A DNA stretch of 64,000 nucleotides from an alpha proteobacterium SCGC AAA028-C07 (GCA_000419465.1 ATTB01000005.1:9209-73208); one strand, 5' to 3'; positions 22,618 to 33,251 are shown, numbered from the stretch's first letter. Notes: generated by a model not told the origin, from the sequence alone. Translations and numbers: made by a program.

Positions 22618-23351
22618 TAATTATTCTTGTCCCTTGCAATTTTAAGAAAGACGTCTTCTAATTTTTTCTTTCCATATTTTTTTAATAGACTGTTAGGAGT
22701 CCCTTGGTCAGTAATTCTTCCATCTTTCATCATAATTACAGAACTACAAAGCCTAGTAACCTCTTCCATGTTGTGACTTGCTAATATGATTGCTGTATTA
22801 TGAGTTTTACAAAATTTTTCAAAAAAGGTTCTAACTCGATCAGCAGTATCTGGATCAAGTGAAGCGGTGGGTTCATCAAGAAATAGTATCTCGGGGTCAT
22901 TAATTACTGCTTTACCTAAGGATACTCTCGTTTTTTGACCGGAAGATAATTCCCCAACTTTAATGTCAAGCAAGCCAGTAAAATCTAATTCTTTGGCAAC
23001 GTCTTTAATTTTTTGATTTATATTTTTAATTCCATATAGCATTCCATATACGTACAGATTTTGTCTAACTGTTAATTTTTTTGGTAAATCAACGTAAGGA
23101 GATGAGAAGTTAATTTTATTTAAAATCTTATATCTGTCTTTTGAAATGTCCGTCGATAATATTTTAATACTTCCTGATGTTGGTGTTAGTAAGCCTAACA
23201 ACATTGTTATAGTAGTCGTTTTGCCGGCGCCGTTTGCTCCTAAGATACCTTTTATCTCTCCTCGCTTTAGATCAAAGGAAATATTTTTAACAGCGTGATG
23301 ATTTCTAAATTTTTTAGATAAATTTCTAACTTCAATTATATTTTCACTCAT
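22617..23351 (-). CDS. ABC transporter ATP-binding protein
   Basis: GANGAGKTT, LSSGQ, LDEPT, SH motif. Confidence 0.95.
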   Translation of the reverse strand: MSENIIEVRNLSKKFRNHHAVKNISFDLKRGEIKGILGANGAGKTTTITMLLGLLTPTSGSIKILSTDISKDRYKILNKINFSSPYVDLPKKLTVRQNLYVYGMLYGIKNINQKIKDVAKELDFTGLLDIKVGELSSGQKTRVSLGKAVINDPEILFLDEPTASLDPDTADRVRTFFEKFCKTHNTAIILASHNMEEVTRLCSSVIMMKDGRITDQGTPNSLLKKYGKKKLEDVFLKIARDKNN

Positions 23352-24300
23352 AGTATGCAGCTCTTCTTAATCTCTCATTAATTGCTTTGCCCAAGTCTTT
23401 ATTAGGAATTTTATTAACGCTTATGGATTTAAATTTTTTATTTTTAATAATCCTTAAAGTATTAAAGAAATTTTTAGCAGCTTCTTTTAAATTTCCCCCA
23501 GTACTTAAGTTAAAAGTATTCTGATTGCTATAATTTTTTTTGCCAAATGTTATTAAAGCTCCATCTTTAGTAGCTTTTTCTCTGTTCATATAAATAGGCA
23601 TGCCAGGAGAATAATGAAGACCAATTTGCCCTGGAGATTTAATAATTTTATTTTGTTTCTCAGATAATCTTATTTTTAAAAATTTTCCAATAACTTCAGA
23701 AGAAAGTCCTCCTTCTCTTAGTATTTTTGGTTTAGTTGTTAAATCTATAACCGTTGATTCAATTCCAATTTTACAAGCACCACCATCAATAATCATTCTA
23801 ATACTATTGCCAAATTCTTCTGCCACATGTTTTGCCGTTGTTGGACTTAAAGATTTTGATCTATTAGCGCTTGGGGCAGCAAGTGGACATTTAAGAATAT
23901 GTAATAATTTAATTGTATTTTTTTCACTTGGAATTCTTACCGCAAGCGTAGCAAGACCTTTGTTTGCAATCTTTGATATTCTAGAACCACTTTTTTTTTT
24001 TAAAACATAAGTTAAAGGACCAGGTGAAAATCTTTTAACAAGTCTTAGAAAATTCTTGTTAATAACCGCCTCTTTTTTTATCTGTTTAATATTTTTAAAG
24101 TGAATGATTAAAGGATTATTACTTGGGCGTTTTTTTAAAGAAAAAATCTTTTTTACAGCCCTTGTATTATAAGCATTTGCAGCAAGTCCATATACAGTCT
24201 CAGTAGGAATCGCAACTACGCCTCCTTTTTCTATAACAACCTTAGCTTTGCTTAAATTATTGTTTGTGGGTTTATAAATATTTGAATAGATATTTTTCAT
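23344..24300 (-). CDS. sua5: threonylcarbamoyl-AMP synthase (Sua5 type)
   Basis: PTETVYGLAA, KRPSNNPLI, AAPSANRS, GIESTV, SPGQ..HYSP. Confidence 0.94.
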   Translation of the reverse strand: MKNIYSNIYKPTNNNLSKAKVVIEKGGVVAIPTETVYGLAANAYNTRAVKKIFSLKKRPSNNPLIIHFKNIKQIKKEAVINKNFLRLVKRFSPGPLTYVLKKKSGSRISKIANKGLATLAVRIPSEKNTIKLLHILKCPLAAPSANRSKSLSPTTAKHVAEEFGNSIRMIIDGGACKIGIESTVIDLTTKPKILREGGLSSEVIGKFLKIRLSEKQNKIIKSPGQIGLHYSPGMPIYMNREKATKDGALITFGKKNYSNQNTFNLSTGGNLKEAAKNFFNTLRIIKNKKFKSISVNKIPNKDLGKAINERLRRAAYYE

Positions 24301-24344
24301 TAATTATTTAATATAAAAGAGTAATTCTTAAAAATTATACTTAT

Positions 24345-24599
24345 ATGAAAAAATCTAACATTTCTCCAGACATTACAAAGCTGTCTTTTGAAGAAGCGTT
24401 GGAGCAATTAGAAAATATTGTTAGCAAGTTAGAAGATGGTTCTATTAATTTAGAAGAGTCGATCGAAGAGTACACGCGCGGTGTTCATCTTAAAAATCAT
24501 TGTGAAACTAAATTAAAAGAAGCCACTTTAAAAGTAGAGCAAATTACTATTGATAAAGACGGTAAATTTTCAACAAAAGAATTTAATAAAAATTCTTAA
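24345..24599 (+). CDS. xseB: exodeoxyribonuclease VII small subunit
   Basis: LSFEEALEQLENIVSKLEDGSINLEESI; xseB-ispA-dxs order. Confidence 0.95.
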   Translation: MKKSNISPDITKLSFEEALEQLENIVSKLEDGSINLEESIEEYTRGVHLKNHCETKLKEATLKVEQITIDKDGKFSTKEFNKNS

Positions 24600-24601
24600 G
24601 T

Positions 24602-25486
24602 ATGAAAGATACCGAGAGAAGAATAATTAAAGTTGCTAAAGACGTTGACGTTTTCTTAAAAAGTTTTCTAAAGCAAAATCAACAGAAAAATAAACTCTTT
24701 GAAGCCATGAAATATGGTTTATTTTCAGGAGGAAAAAAATTTAGATCTTATTTAATTATTTCTTCAGGAAAATTATTTAATTTAGATTATAGAAAATTAA
24801 TTGCTATCAGTGCAGCCGTTGAGTGTATTCATTCTTATTCACTTATTCATGACGATTTACCAAGCATGGATGATGATGATTTTAGAAGAGGAAAGAAAAG
24901 TACACACAAAGTGTTTGGGGAATCCACAGCTATACTCGCCGGTAATTCTTTATTAACTTTAGCTTTTGAAATTTTAACTTCAAATAAAATGATTGCAAAT
25001 CCAAAATCAAAATCTGATTTGGTTTATGCGTTGGCATTGTCATCAGGCTATACTGGTATTGCAGGAGGACAATTCTTAGATCTAAAATTTGAAAAAATAA
25101 AAGTTAGCAAAGATTCGATAGTTGATATGCAAAATAAAAAGACAGGTGAGCTGATTAGTTTTTGCTTAGAAGGTGTTGCTATTTTAGCAGGCAAAGAAAC
25201 AGAGAGAAAATTTTTAAAAAAAGTAGGTCTTGATATTGGTTTGTTATTTCAAATTACTGATGATCTTTTAGATGTATTTGGAGATACGAAAAAAATTGGC
25301 AAACCCACACGAGGAGATAAGAAAAAAGGCAAAGCTACAATTATTAAAAATCTTGGAGTGAATAAAGCCATTGAATTTTCTTACCAGTTAGCAGATGGTA
25401 TTACTGAAAAATTGAAAAATAGATATGGAACAAGGGCGGATAGCTTGGTAGATTCTGTAAACTTTTTATTAAGAAGAGACCACTAA
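24602..25486 (+). CDS. ispA: farnesyl diphosphate synthase (polyprenyl synthetase)
   Basis: [33 protein letters not shown]. Confidence 0.94.
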   Translation: MKDTERRIIKVAKDVDVFLKSFLKQNQQKNKLFEAMKYGLFSGGKKFRSYLIISSGKLFNLDYRKLIAISAAVECIHSYSLIHDDLPSMDDDDFRRGKKSTHKVFGESTAILAGNSLLTLAFEILTSNKMIANPKSKSDLVYALALSSGYTGIAGGQFLDLKFEKIKVSKDSIVDMQNKKTGELISFCLEGVAILAGKETERKFLKKVGLDIGLLFQITDDLLDVFGDTKKIGKPTRGDKKKGKATIIKNLGVNKAIEFSYQLADGITEKLKNRYGTRADSLVDSVNFLLRRDH

Positions 25487-27396
25487 TGCTAAATACACCA
25501 TTACTTGATAAGATTAAGAATCCTCAAGATTTAAAAAAATTACAGGTATCAGAATTAAAAACTTTAGCTAAAGAACTTAGAGAAGAACTAATCGATGCAG
25601 TTTCAGTTACAGGAGGTCATCTCGGTGCTGGACTTGGTGTTGTCGAGTTAACTATTGCAATCCATTATCTTTTTGACACTCCAAAAGACAGATTAGTTTG
25701 GGACGTCGGTCACCAAGCTTATCCTCATAAAATTTTAACAGAACGAAGAGATAGAATTAGAACTTTAAGAAAAGGAGGTGGACTGTCAGGATTTACTAAA
25801 AGATCAGAAAGTATTTACGATCCATTTGGTACAGCTCATAGTTCTACTTCAATATCAGCATCATTAGGAATGGCAGTTGCAAGAGATTTAGATGATAGAA
25901 ATAATAATGTAATCGCTGTTATTGGTGATGGAGCGATGAGTGCAGGGATGGCGTATGAGGCCATGAATAATGCAGGTTCTATGAAATCAAGATTAATTGT
26001 TATTTTAAATGATAACGATATGTCTATTGCCCCACCGGTTGGTGCAATGAGATCTTATCTTGCAAAATTATTATCAGGAAAAACTTATATAGGATTTAGA
26101 GGATTTTTAAAAAAAGTTGCAGCACTATTTCCAAGATCAATCAAAACTAGAGCTGCAAGATTTGAAGAATACTTTAGAGGTCTTGCTGTTGGTGGAACTT
26201 TATTTGATGAATTAGGTTTTTACTATGTAGGTACTATTGATGGGCATGATTTTGATCAACTAATTCCAGTATTAAAAAATGTCAGAGACTCAAGTCATAA
26301 AGGACCTTTTTTAGTTCATGCGATTACGCAAAAAGGAAAAGGCTATATACCTGCTGAAAATTCAGATGATAAATATCACGGAGTTAATAAATTTGATGTT
26401 GTTACAGGAGCGCAAGTTAAATCTACAACCAACACTCCAGCATTTACAAAAGTTTATGGTGATACACTTGCGAAACATGGGGAGCTAGATAGTAAAATTG
26501 TTGCAATCACAGGAGCAATGCCATCAGGAACAGGCGTTGATATATTTGCAAAAAAATTCCCAAAACGTACATTTGATGTTGGAATTGCAGAACAGCATGC
26601 AGTGACATTTGCGGCAGGACTTGCAACAGAAGGGTACAAGCCTTTTGCAACAATTTATTCAACATTCTTACAAAGAGCTTACGATCAAGTAGTGCACGAT
26701 GTTGCAATTCAAAATCTTCCAGTGCGCTTTGCAATTGATCGAGCAGGTTTAGTTGGAGCAGATGGCCCAACACATGCAGGCTCATTTGATATTACTTATC
26801 TTGCAACACTGCCAAATTTTGTAGTTATGGCACCAAGTGATGAAGCAGAACTTGTACGAATGATTAATACAGCAGTTACCATTAACGACAGACCTTCTGC
26901 ATTTAGATATCCAAGAGGAAATGGTTATGGCGTTGAGCTTCCAAGTATTAAAGAGATAATAGAAATTGGAAAAGCACGAATTGTTCAAGAAGGAAAACAA
27001 GTCTGTCTATTAAGTTTAGGAACAAGACTAGAAGAGTGTAAAATTGCATCTAACGAATTAAAAAATAAAGGAATTTCAACTACAATTATTGATGCAAGAT
27101 TTGCAAAACCATTAGACAAACATTTAATTTTAAAATCTGCAGAAAATCATGAAGTGCTAATCACTATTGAAGAAGGTTCTATTGGTGGATTTGGTTCACA
27201 CGTTGCAAATTTATTAGCTGAAAATGGAATCTTTGATAAAGGACTTAAATTTAGATCAATGATACTTCCGGATGTATTCATAGATCAAGATACCCCAGAG
27301 AGAATGTATGATGTTGCAGGCTTAAACGCTAAGCACATCGCTCAAAAAGTTTTAGAAGTATTCTTTAGTAAAGACGGAATAAGAGTTATTAAGTAA
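25486..27396 (+). CDS. dxs: 1-deoxy-D-xylulose-5-phosphate synthase
   Basis: [37 protein letters not shown]. Confidence 0.98.
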   Translation: MLNTPLLDKIKNPQDLKKLQVSELKTLAKELREELIDAVSVTGGHLGAGLGVVELTIAIHYLFDTPKDRLVWDVGHQAYPHKILTERRDRIRTLRKGGGLSGFTKRSESIYDPFGTAHSSTSISASLGMAVARDLDDRNNNVIAVIGDGAMSAGMAYEAMNNAGSMKSRLIVILNDNDMSIAPPVGAMRSYLAKLLSGKTYIGFRGFLKKVAALFPRSIKTRAARFEEYFRGLAVGGTLFDELGFYYVGTIDGHDFDQLIPVLKNVRDSSHKGPFLVHAITQKGKGYIPAENSDDKYHGVNKFDVVTGAQVKSTTNTPAFTKVYGDTLAKHGELDSKIVAITGAMPSGTGVDIFAKKFPKRTFDVGIAEQHAVTFAAGLATEGYKPFATIYSTFLQRAYDQVVHDVAIQNLPVRFAIDRAGLVGADGPTHAGSFDITYLATLPNFVVMAPSDEAELVRMINTAVTINDRPSAFRYPRGNGYGVELPSIKEIIEIGKARIVQEGKQVCLLSLGTRLEECKIASNELKNKGISTTIIDARFAKPLDKHLILKSAENHEVLITIEEGSIGGFGSHVANLLAENGIFDKGLKFRSMILPDVFIDQDTPERMYDVAGLNAKHIAQKVLEVFFSKDGIRVIK

Positions 27397-27458
27397 TTCT
27401 TAATATGTAACTGAAATATATACATTAATTGTTACTATATTTTAATTTTATTTATTTA

Positions 27459-27467
27459 CCCCCCCCC
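27459..27467. repeat. C9 homopolymer in the intergenic region upstream of the OMP gene
   Basis: ttatttaCCCCCCCCCataaccc in an otherwise very AT-rich spacer. Confidence 0.9.
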
Positions 27468-27553
27468 ATAACCCTTGATATTAGATGAATATAAATTTTT
27501 ATAATTAACTATTTAATAATTAGTTGGTTCTACACTTTTAAAGGACAGAAATT

Positions 27554-28294
27554 ATGAAATTCATTAAGCAGTTAAAATTATTAACTTTTCAAGTAATCGT
27601 ATCTTTAATTATTTTAAACACACAAATTAGCTTTGCCCAAAAAGTTGAAACACCACAAATAACTAATTTGCAAAATTTTTTTTTAGGAGTGAACATTAAT
27701 AAGACTTCAAAGAAAAGCGAATCAGGAGACGATACCTATAATAGGTTTAATCAAACATATTCTGATGATGATAATAATATTTCACTTACACTTACAAAAT
27801 ATTTTTCTAATAAAGACATAAGTGATAATTTTATTTACGGCTTTTCAGTTAATGTGGCTCATTTAAAAAAATTTGAAGGAAAGGACAACAGTGGAATGGG
27901 TGGAAATCCTGTTACATTGCAAGGAAATTATATTAATCCTGAATTAAAAGTTGGCTCCTTTTTGGATGAAAAAAAGCGTTTCTTAATTAATGCTTCTTAC
28001 GGGAAGGTATTTTCTGATATTAAACAACGTTTTGCCGATGATAATCCTAACGGTCAAACCCTTTCTTACAGCACGAGTCCTTCTTTAGAAGGAATTTCGA
28101 AAGGTATCGAGTTAGCTTATAATAGTGAGTCAAATACAATCTATAAATTAGGTCTAAAAAATATTGATTTTAATAGAGTAAACTCTGTAAGCATGGGAAG
28201 TGTTAACGGACCATTTACTTTTCCACACCAATTGTCTTTAAGAACTATATACATTGGTTTTGACATGCCTATTACTTTAGATAAAATATTTTAA
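27554..28294 (+). CDS. putative outer-membrane beta-barrel protein (Omp25/RopB-like pattern)
   Basis: Signal peptide ending ISFA, alternating strands (FFLGVNI, FIYGFSV, LKVGSF, GIELAY, YKLGL, IYIGFD), C-terminal Phe; AAGGA RBS. Confidence 0.6.
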   Translation: MKFIKQLKLLTFQVIVSLIILNTQISFAQKVETPQITNLQNFFLGVNINKTSKKSESGDDTYNRFNQTYSDDDNNISLTLTKYFSNKDISDNFIYGFSVNVAHLKKFEGKDNSGMGGNPVTLQGNYINPELKVGSFLDEKKRFLINASYGKVFSDIKQRFADDNPNGQTLSYSTSPSLEGISKGIELAYNSESNTIYKLGLKNIDFNRVNSVSMGSVNGPFTFPHQLSLRTIYIGFDMPITLDKIF

Positions 28295-28360
28295 ATAATA
28301 TAATTAGTTCTTAAAAATACATTTTAATTATACCTATACACTCTCAAAAGTAGAAAATTT

Positions 28361-28393
28361 GATTCAAAATGGAATCAAAAGGGAATCAAAACG
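28361..28393. repeat. three tandem 11-bp units, each starting with a GANTC site
   Basis: GATTCAAAATG / GAATCAAAAGG / GAATCAAAACG. Confidence 0.75.
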
Positions 28394-28412
28394 AGAACAT
28401 CGGTACGTTGAA

Positions 28413-28793
28413 TTACGAGATATCCACAGCAAATTTCTTTAGAGTCTCCATAGGTATGATTTCTAAAGTCTTCATATGGGTTCTGCGAATATAGATCTTA
28501 CATCCATGACCAGCATCAATTGCTCGTTTTACCCAACTTGCACAAACACACCAATTGTCTCCATCTTTTAATCCTTCAAATCCAAACTCAGGATGAGGTG
28601 TTATTAAATCATTACCGTTTTCTTTACACCAATTTAAAAAATCATTAGTTACTTTTGCACAAACACAGTGAACGCCCACATCCGTTTTATCTGTGTTGCA
28701 CGAACCATCACGAAACCAACCAGTCACTGGGTTCATTGAGCAAGGCTCAATATCTTCACCAAGGACATTTTTTTGTTTTGGAATTTTATTCAT
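28413..28793 (-). CDS. DUF2237 family protein
   Basis: NVLGE..PCS.NPVTGWFRDGSC, GNDLITPHPEFGFEGLKDGDNWCVCA; likely start ATG 28793. Confidence 0.9.
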   Translation of the reverse strand: MNKIPKQKNVLGEDIEPCSMNPVTGWFRDGSCNTDKTDVGVHCVCAKVTNDFLNWCKENGNDLITPHPEFGFEGLKDGDNWCVCASWVKRAIDAGHGCKIYIRRTHMKTLEIIPMETLKKFAVDIS

Positions 28794-29421
28794 GTTTAAA
28801 AACATTTGCTATTTTTTGATCAATTTCTGCATTAAATGAGAATGATCTTCGCTCTTCACCAGATCGAAAAGGATAAGCAGTATGCATTAAATAATTTGGA
28901 AATAAAATCATATCAGCTACTTTTGGCTGATGATTGTAAATACTTTTATTTAAAAAAGCTCTTGAGCCATGAATAAAATCAATTGTACCATGGGTTTTAA
29001 GATTATGTTTATGAGATCTTGTATCTTCATTTAAGGATTTTGGAATTTTTAAATAACCAACACCTGAAATATGTCCGTCATGATAATGAATGGGGTTATA
29101 TTCATTTTCAAATTGTCGAACTACCCAGACGTTATTAATTTTAAATTTAGTAATTTTTTTATTAATAGATTTTTCGATATAGCTTTTGGTAACTTTGAAT
29201 AAAAAACTTTTTAAATATTTATTAATAAAATTTTTAGGAAGTTGCAGTTCTTGACTAACTTGACCAACCAATTCTTTACTATAATCAAATTTTTTTGAAA
29301 GATTTTGACTATCTACAATTTTATCAATCTCTTTATTCATTTTATTGATGAGACTTTTTGGAATTCTTAATCTTGCAATTCTTGGACCGAACGGAGCCAA
29401 GACATTTACATTATTTGTCAT
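28786..29421 (-). CDS. putative 2OG-Fe(II) oxygenase (TIGR02466-like)
   Basis: EYNPIHYH, SGVGYL, FPNYLMHTAYPF, RRSFSFN. Confidence 0.8.
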   Translation of the reverse strand: MTNNVNVLAPFGPRIARLRIPKSLINKMNKEIDKIVDSQNLSKKFDYSKELVGQVSQELQLPKNFINKYLKSFLFKVTKSYIEKSINKKITKFKINNVWVVRQFENEYNPIHYHDGHISGVGYLKIPKSLNEDTRSHKHNLKTHGTIDFIHGSRAFLNKSIYNHQPKVADMILFPNYLMHTAYPFRSGEERRSFSFNAEIDQKIANVFKHE

Positions 29422-29879
29422 TATAGTTTTGTAGGATTAGGTTGTCCTTTATAGACAATATTTGGATCAAATTTTTTTCTTTTTTCTTTAAATTTTAATT
29501 TAATATTCTTTTTAGTTTTAGTGGGTACCGATCTATAAAAACAAGATCTATAACCTACGTGACAGCTTGCACCTTGGCCAATGTCTACAGTAATCCATAC
29601 CGCATCTTGATCATCATCAATTCTAATATCTTTTACTTTTTGAACAAAGCCACTCGTCGCACCTTTGTGCCATAAAGCTTTTCTTGATCTACTCCAATAA
29701 AAAGCCTCACCAGTTTCAATTGTTTTTTGTAATGCTAGTTTGTTCATAAATCCGTGCATAAGAACTTCTTTAGTTTTATAATCAGTAGTGATGACTGGAA
29801 TTAAGCCATCCTTGTTGAATTTAGGGCTTAAATACTTGCCTTCTTCTACTTGTTTAATTGAGGTTCTTTTTTTAAACAT
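29421..29879 (-). CDS. hisI: phosphoribosyl-AMP cyclohydrolase
   Basis: WSRSRKALWHKGATSG, DDDQD, SCHVGYRSCFY. Confidence 0.95.
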   Translation of the reverse strand: MFKKRTSIKQVEEGKYLSPKFNKDGLIPVITTDYKTKEVLMHGFMNKLALQKTIETGEAFYWSRSRKALWHKGATSGFVQKVKDIRIDDDQDAVWITVDIGQGASCHVGYRSCFYRSVPTKTKKNIKLKFKEKRKKFDPNIVYKGQPNPTKL

Positions 29880-29946
29880 TTATGAAAATTAATTTGTTCT
29901 AAGCTTTTAGTATATTATAACTTAACAAAAAATATAATCACTTTTA

Positions 29947-30552
29947 ATGAACGTTACTGATTTAATAAAAAAGAAGTTAGAAAAAGCTGTCACTAGAGAG
30001 CAGGCAGAAGAGGCTATCAAAGTTTTACTTGCTTGGGCAGGCGACAATCCTAAAAGAGAAGGTTTGCTTGATACACCAAAACGAGTAGTTAAGGCTTTTG
30101 AAGAATATTTTTCTGGTTATTTAATTGACCCATACAAAGATTTAGAAAAAACTTTTGGTGATGTTGATGGTTACGATGACATGGTTATTCAGAAAAATAT
30201 TTCAATTTATAGCCACTGTGAACATCATATGGCACCCATTATTGGTATTGCACATGTAGCGTATATTCCTCATGAAAAAGTTGTGGGCCTTAGTAAACTT
30301 GCAAGAGTAGTTGAAGCGTATTCTAGAAGATTGCAAACTCAAGAAAGATTAACAATGGAAATTGCAAATACAATATTTAAAGGTTTAAAAGCACAAGGAG
30401 CAGCCGTAAGTATAGATGCTGTACATCATTGTATGACTTCTCGAGGAATTAAAAAACATGAAGCGACTACTGTTACAAATTATTTTACAGGTGTATTTAA
30501 AGAAAGTCATAATCTTCAAAATCGTTTCCTACACTATATCGGTCAGAAATAA
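29947..30552 (+). CDS. folE: GTP cyclohydrolase I
   Basis: REGLLDTPKRV, SHCEHH, GLSKLAR, LQTQERLT, HHCMTSRG. Confidence 0.97.
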   Translation: MNVTDLIKKKLEKAVTREQAEEAIKVLLAWAGDNPKREGLLDTPKRVVKAFEEYFSGYLIDPYKDLEKTFGDVDGYDDMVIQKNISIYSHCEHHMAPIIGIAHVAYIPHEKVVGLSKLARVVEAYSRRLQTQERLTMEIANTIFKGLKAQGAAVSIDAVHHCMTSRGIKKHEATTVTNYFTGVFKESHNLQNRFLHYIGQK

Positions 30553-30720
30553 ATGTTAGATCAAGTCGTTGTTGATGCAGATATAGAATCCGTATCGTGC
30601 AATGGAGGAGATGATGATATTGGGCATCCAACTGTTTATTATAATTTTGGTGAAAAATCTGAAGTTGTTTGTGGTTATTGTGGAAAAAAATTTTTAAAGA
30701 AAAAAAACAATCATGAGTAA
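30553..30720 (+). CDS. zf-CHCC zinc-finger protein (NDUFS6-like), 55 aa
   Basis: Manual translation MLDQVVVDADIESVSCNGGDDDIGHPTVYYNFGEKSEVVCGYCGKKF; C-x8-H...CxxC; below ORF-track cutoff. Confidence 0.88.
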   Translation: MLDQVVVDADIESVSCNGGDDDIGHPTVYYNFGEKSEVVCGYCGKKFLKKKNNHE

Positions 30721-31711
30721 TTTTAAAGCAATCGTTCTAAATAAAACTGGCGATCAATTTACAAGAGAAGTTAAAAGCATAGACAAAAACTTTTTAATTC
30801 ACGGTGATGTTTTGGTTAAAGTTGATTATTCAGACTTTAATTATAAAGACGGAATGATTTTAAAGAATGGCGGAAGTTTAGTTAAAGATTATCCTCATAT
30901 TCCAGGAATAGATTTTGCAGGTACTGTTGAAGAAAGTAAAAATGAAAAATTTAAAGCGGGTGATAAGGTTATTTTAACAGGCTGGAGAGTAGGTGAGATT
31001 TATTATGGTGGCTATTCTCAGTATGCAAAAGTAGATGCAAATTTTTTAGTCAAAGCTCCAAAAGACATTTCAACTAAACATGCTATGGCGATTGGTACAG
31101 CAGGTTTTACTGCTCTACTATGTTCCTTTGCAGTTCAAGCAAGAGAGACAATATTATTAGGTGAAAAAGTAAATGACGTGCTTGTAACAGGAGCAACAGG
31201 TGGAGTGGGTAGTGTGGCTGTAATGATATTATCTAAGATGGGTTATAAAGTTCATGCTCTTACAGGAAAGAAAGATAAGACAGACTTTTTAAAGAAATTA
31301 GGTGCAAGTGTTGTGCTTGATCGAGCAGAACTTGAAGGCGAAATAAGACCTTTAGACAAAGGGTTTTGGGATTGTGTTGTTGATACTGTGGGAGGCAAAG
31401 TTTTAGCTAAAGCTTTAACACATACTAAGCCTAATGGAATTGTTGCAGCATGCGGACTTACTAATAGTTTTAAATTAGAAACAACTGTTATGCCTTTCAT
31501 TATTCGTGGTGTTAAACTATGGGGAATTAATTCTGTAGATACACCAATGAAAAGAAGAGAATTTGTTTGGTCGCAAGCTGCAAATTTAATTGATACGAAA
31601 AAATTAGATGAGATTACAGAAGTATGGAACATGTCAAAACTTTTAAGTTCTTACGAGAAAATATTAAAAGGAGAAGTTGCAGGTCGAGTAGTTATCGACG
31701 TTAATCAATAA
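30713..31711 (+). CDS. acuI: YhdH/AcuI family MDR oxidoreductase (acryloyl-CoA reductase-like)
   Basis: YSDFNYKD, PGIDFAG, GTAGFTA, TGATGGVGS, MPFIIRGV. Confidence 0.85.
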   Translation: MSNFKAIVLNKTGDQFTREVKSIDKNFLIHGDVLVKVDYSDFNYKDGMILKNGGSLVKDYPHIPGIDFAGTVEESKNEKFKAGDKVILTGWRVGEIYYGGYSQYAKVDANFLVKAPKDISTKHAMAIGTAGFTALLCSFAVQARETILLGEKVNDVLVTGATGGVGSVAVMILSKMGYKVHALTGKKDKTDFLKKLGASVVLDRAELEGEIRPLDKGFWDCVVDTVGGKVLAKALTHTKPNGIVAACGLTNSFKLETTVMPFIIRGVKLWGINSVDTPMKRREFVWSQAANLIDTKKLDEITEVWNMSKLLSSYEKILKGEVAGRVVIDVNQ

Positions 31712-31713
31712 TT

Positions 31714-32604
31714 ATGGATTGGGATAAACTTAAAATATTTCACGCAGTTGCTCAGGCTGGTAGTTTTACTGAAGCATCAGGCACATTAAATTTAAGTCAA
31801 TCCGCAATAAGTCGTCAAATTCAATCTTTAGAGCAAACTTTAAAAACATCTTTATTTGAAAGACACGCAAGAGGCCTTTCACTTACAGAAGATGGAGAGA
31901 TACTTTTTAAAACCGCAAATGAAGTTATTATTCATTTAAAAGGAGTTGAGACTTCTTTGATGGAAAAAAAAGAAAAACCATCTGGAAAATTAATAGTTAC
32001 AACCGTTGTTGGCTTTGGAAGTATTTGGTTAACACCCAGAATTAAAGAGTTTATGGATAAATATCCTGAAATGGAAGTCGAAGTGATCGTAACGGATAAA
32101 GAATTAGATTTGAGTACACGCGAAGCTGACGTTGCTATTTGGATGAGACAACCAACTCAGCTAAGTTATATCCAGAAAAAATTAATTGATATTAACTATC
32201 ATATTTATGGTTCACCTAAATATTTAGAAGAAAATGGGTACCCAAATACTGTTAAAGATTTAGATAAACATAAGTTTATTGTTTATGGAAAAGGAACTCC
32301 ATCACCATTATCACAAACAGATTGGATTTTAAAAGTCGGTAAAAAAGATTCTTCTAAAAGAAAGTCAGTAATGAGAGTTAATAATATTTATTCTTTATTA
32401 CTTGCTGTTGAAAGCGGAGTGGGTCTTGCAGCGTTACCAGATTATATGGTTCAGGAAAAAAGCACTCTTGTTAAAGTTTTGCCAAATGTTGATGGTCCAA
32501 AATATGAAGCACATTTTGTTTATCCTCAATCTTTAAAAAATGTTGCACGTATTAAAAGTTTTAGAGATTTTATTTTTGACAAAGTAAATGAGTGGCGTTT
32601 TTAA
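31714..32604 (+). CDS. LysR family transcriptional regulator
   Basis: MDWDKLKIFHAVAQAGSFT..LNLSQSAISRQI HTH plus substrate-binding domain. Confidence 0.95.
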   Translation: MDWDKLKIFHAVAQAGSFTEASGTLNLSQSAISRQIQSLEQTLKTSLFERHARGLSLTEDGEILFKTANEVIIHLKGVETSLMEKKEKPSGKLIVTTVVGFGSIWLTPRIKEFMDKYPEMEVEVIVTDKELDLSTREADVAIWMRQPTQLSYIQKKLIDINYHIYGSPKYLEENGYPNTVKDLDKHKFIVYGKGTPSPLSQTDWILKVGKKDSSKRKSVMRVNNIYSLLLAVESGVGLAALPDYMVQEKSTLVKVLPNVDGPKYEAHFVYPQSLKNVARIKSFRDFIFDKVNEWRF

Positions 32605-32627
32605 TTTTTGAATTTTTAACTAATTAA

Positions 32628-33242
32628 ATGCTAACTTTTTTTATTGGAATTTTATCAGGATTTTGTCTTGCTTTACCTGTTGGTGCTATCGCATTAATGT
32701 GCATTAATAAAACTTTGCAATATGGAATTAAATCTGGACTTGCAGTTGGCCTTGGAGCTTCTTTTGCGGATGCTTTTTATGCCTTCATAGCCATTTATAG
32801 TTTGAGCACAATCTCAAATATTTTTTTACAAAATGGAGATATACTTAGAGTTATAGGCGGATTATGTTTAATTTTTATTTCAATTAGAATGTTATTTAGT
32901 GGCCCTGTAACTATTGAAGATAAGAAAGTTAATTATAATGAATGGCCAAAAGATATTGTTTCAGGATTTATTATCACTATAAGCAACCCACTAACTTATA
33001 TTGGATTTATAGCGTTACTCTCTTATATGCATTTAACTTTTAAAAGCTTTAATTCAGATTTAATTTTAAATTTTTCCGCAGGGGCATTCGTGGGTTCAAT
33101 GGCGTGGTGGTTAATATTAGTTGAATTTGCAAGATTTTTAAAAAATAAAGTCAATTCTACTTTTATAAGACGTTCTAATATTATTTCGGGATTAATTATT
33201 TTAGGTTTTGGAGCAATTGTTATTTTATCATCACTAAGTTAA
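32628..33242 (+). CDS. LysE family transporter
   Basis: ALPVGAI...GLGASFAD, TISNP; about six TM segments. Confidence 0.88.
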   Translation: MLTFFIGILSGFCLALPVGAIALMCINKTLQYGIKSGLAVGLGASFADAFYAFIAIYSLSTISNIFLQNGDILRVIGGLCLIFISIRMLFSGPVTIEDKKVNYNEWPKDIVSGFIITISNPLTYIGFIALLSYMHLTFKSFNSDLILNFSAGAFVGSMAWWLILVEFARFLKNKVNSTFIRRSNIISGLIILGFGAIVILSSLS

Positions 33243-33251
33243 ATTTAAATT

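Noticed and set aside
28361-28398. Possible CRISPR or iteron array
   Set aside because: Units are only 11 bp with no spacers, and no cas or rep genes are present; kept only as a phased GANTC repeat
30713-31711. acuI as evidence for DMSP catabolism
   Set aside because: The YhdH/AcuI family is widespread and no dmd or ddd genes are in the window
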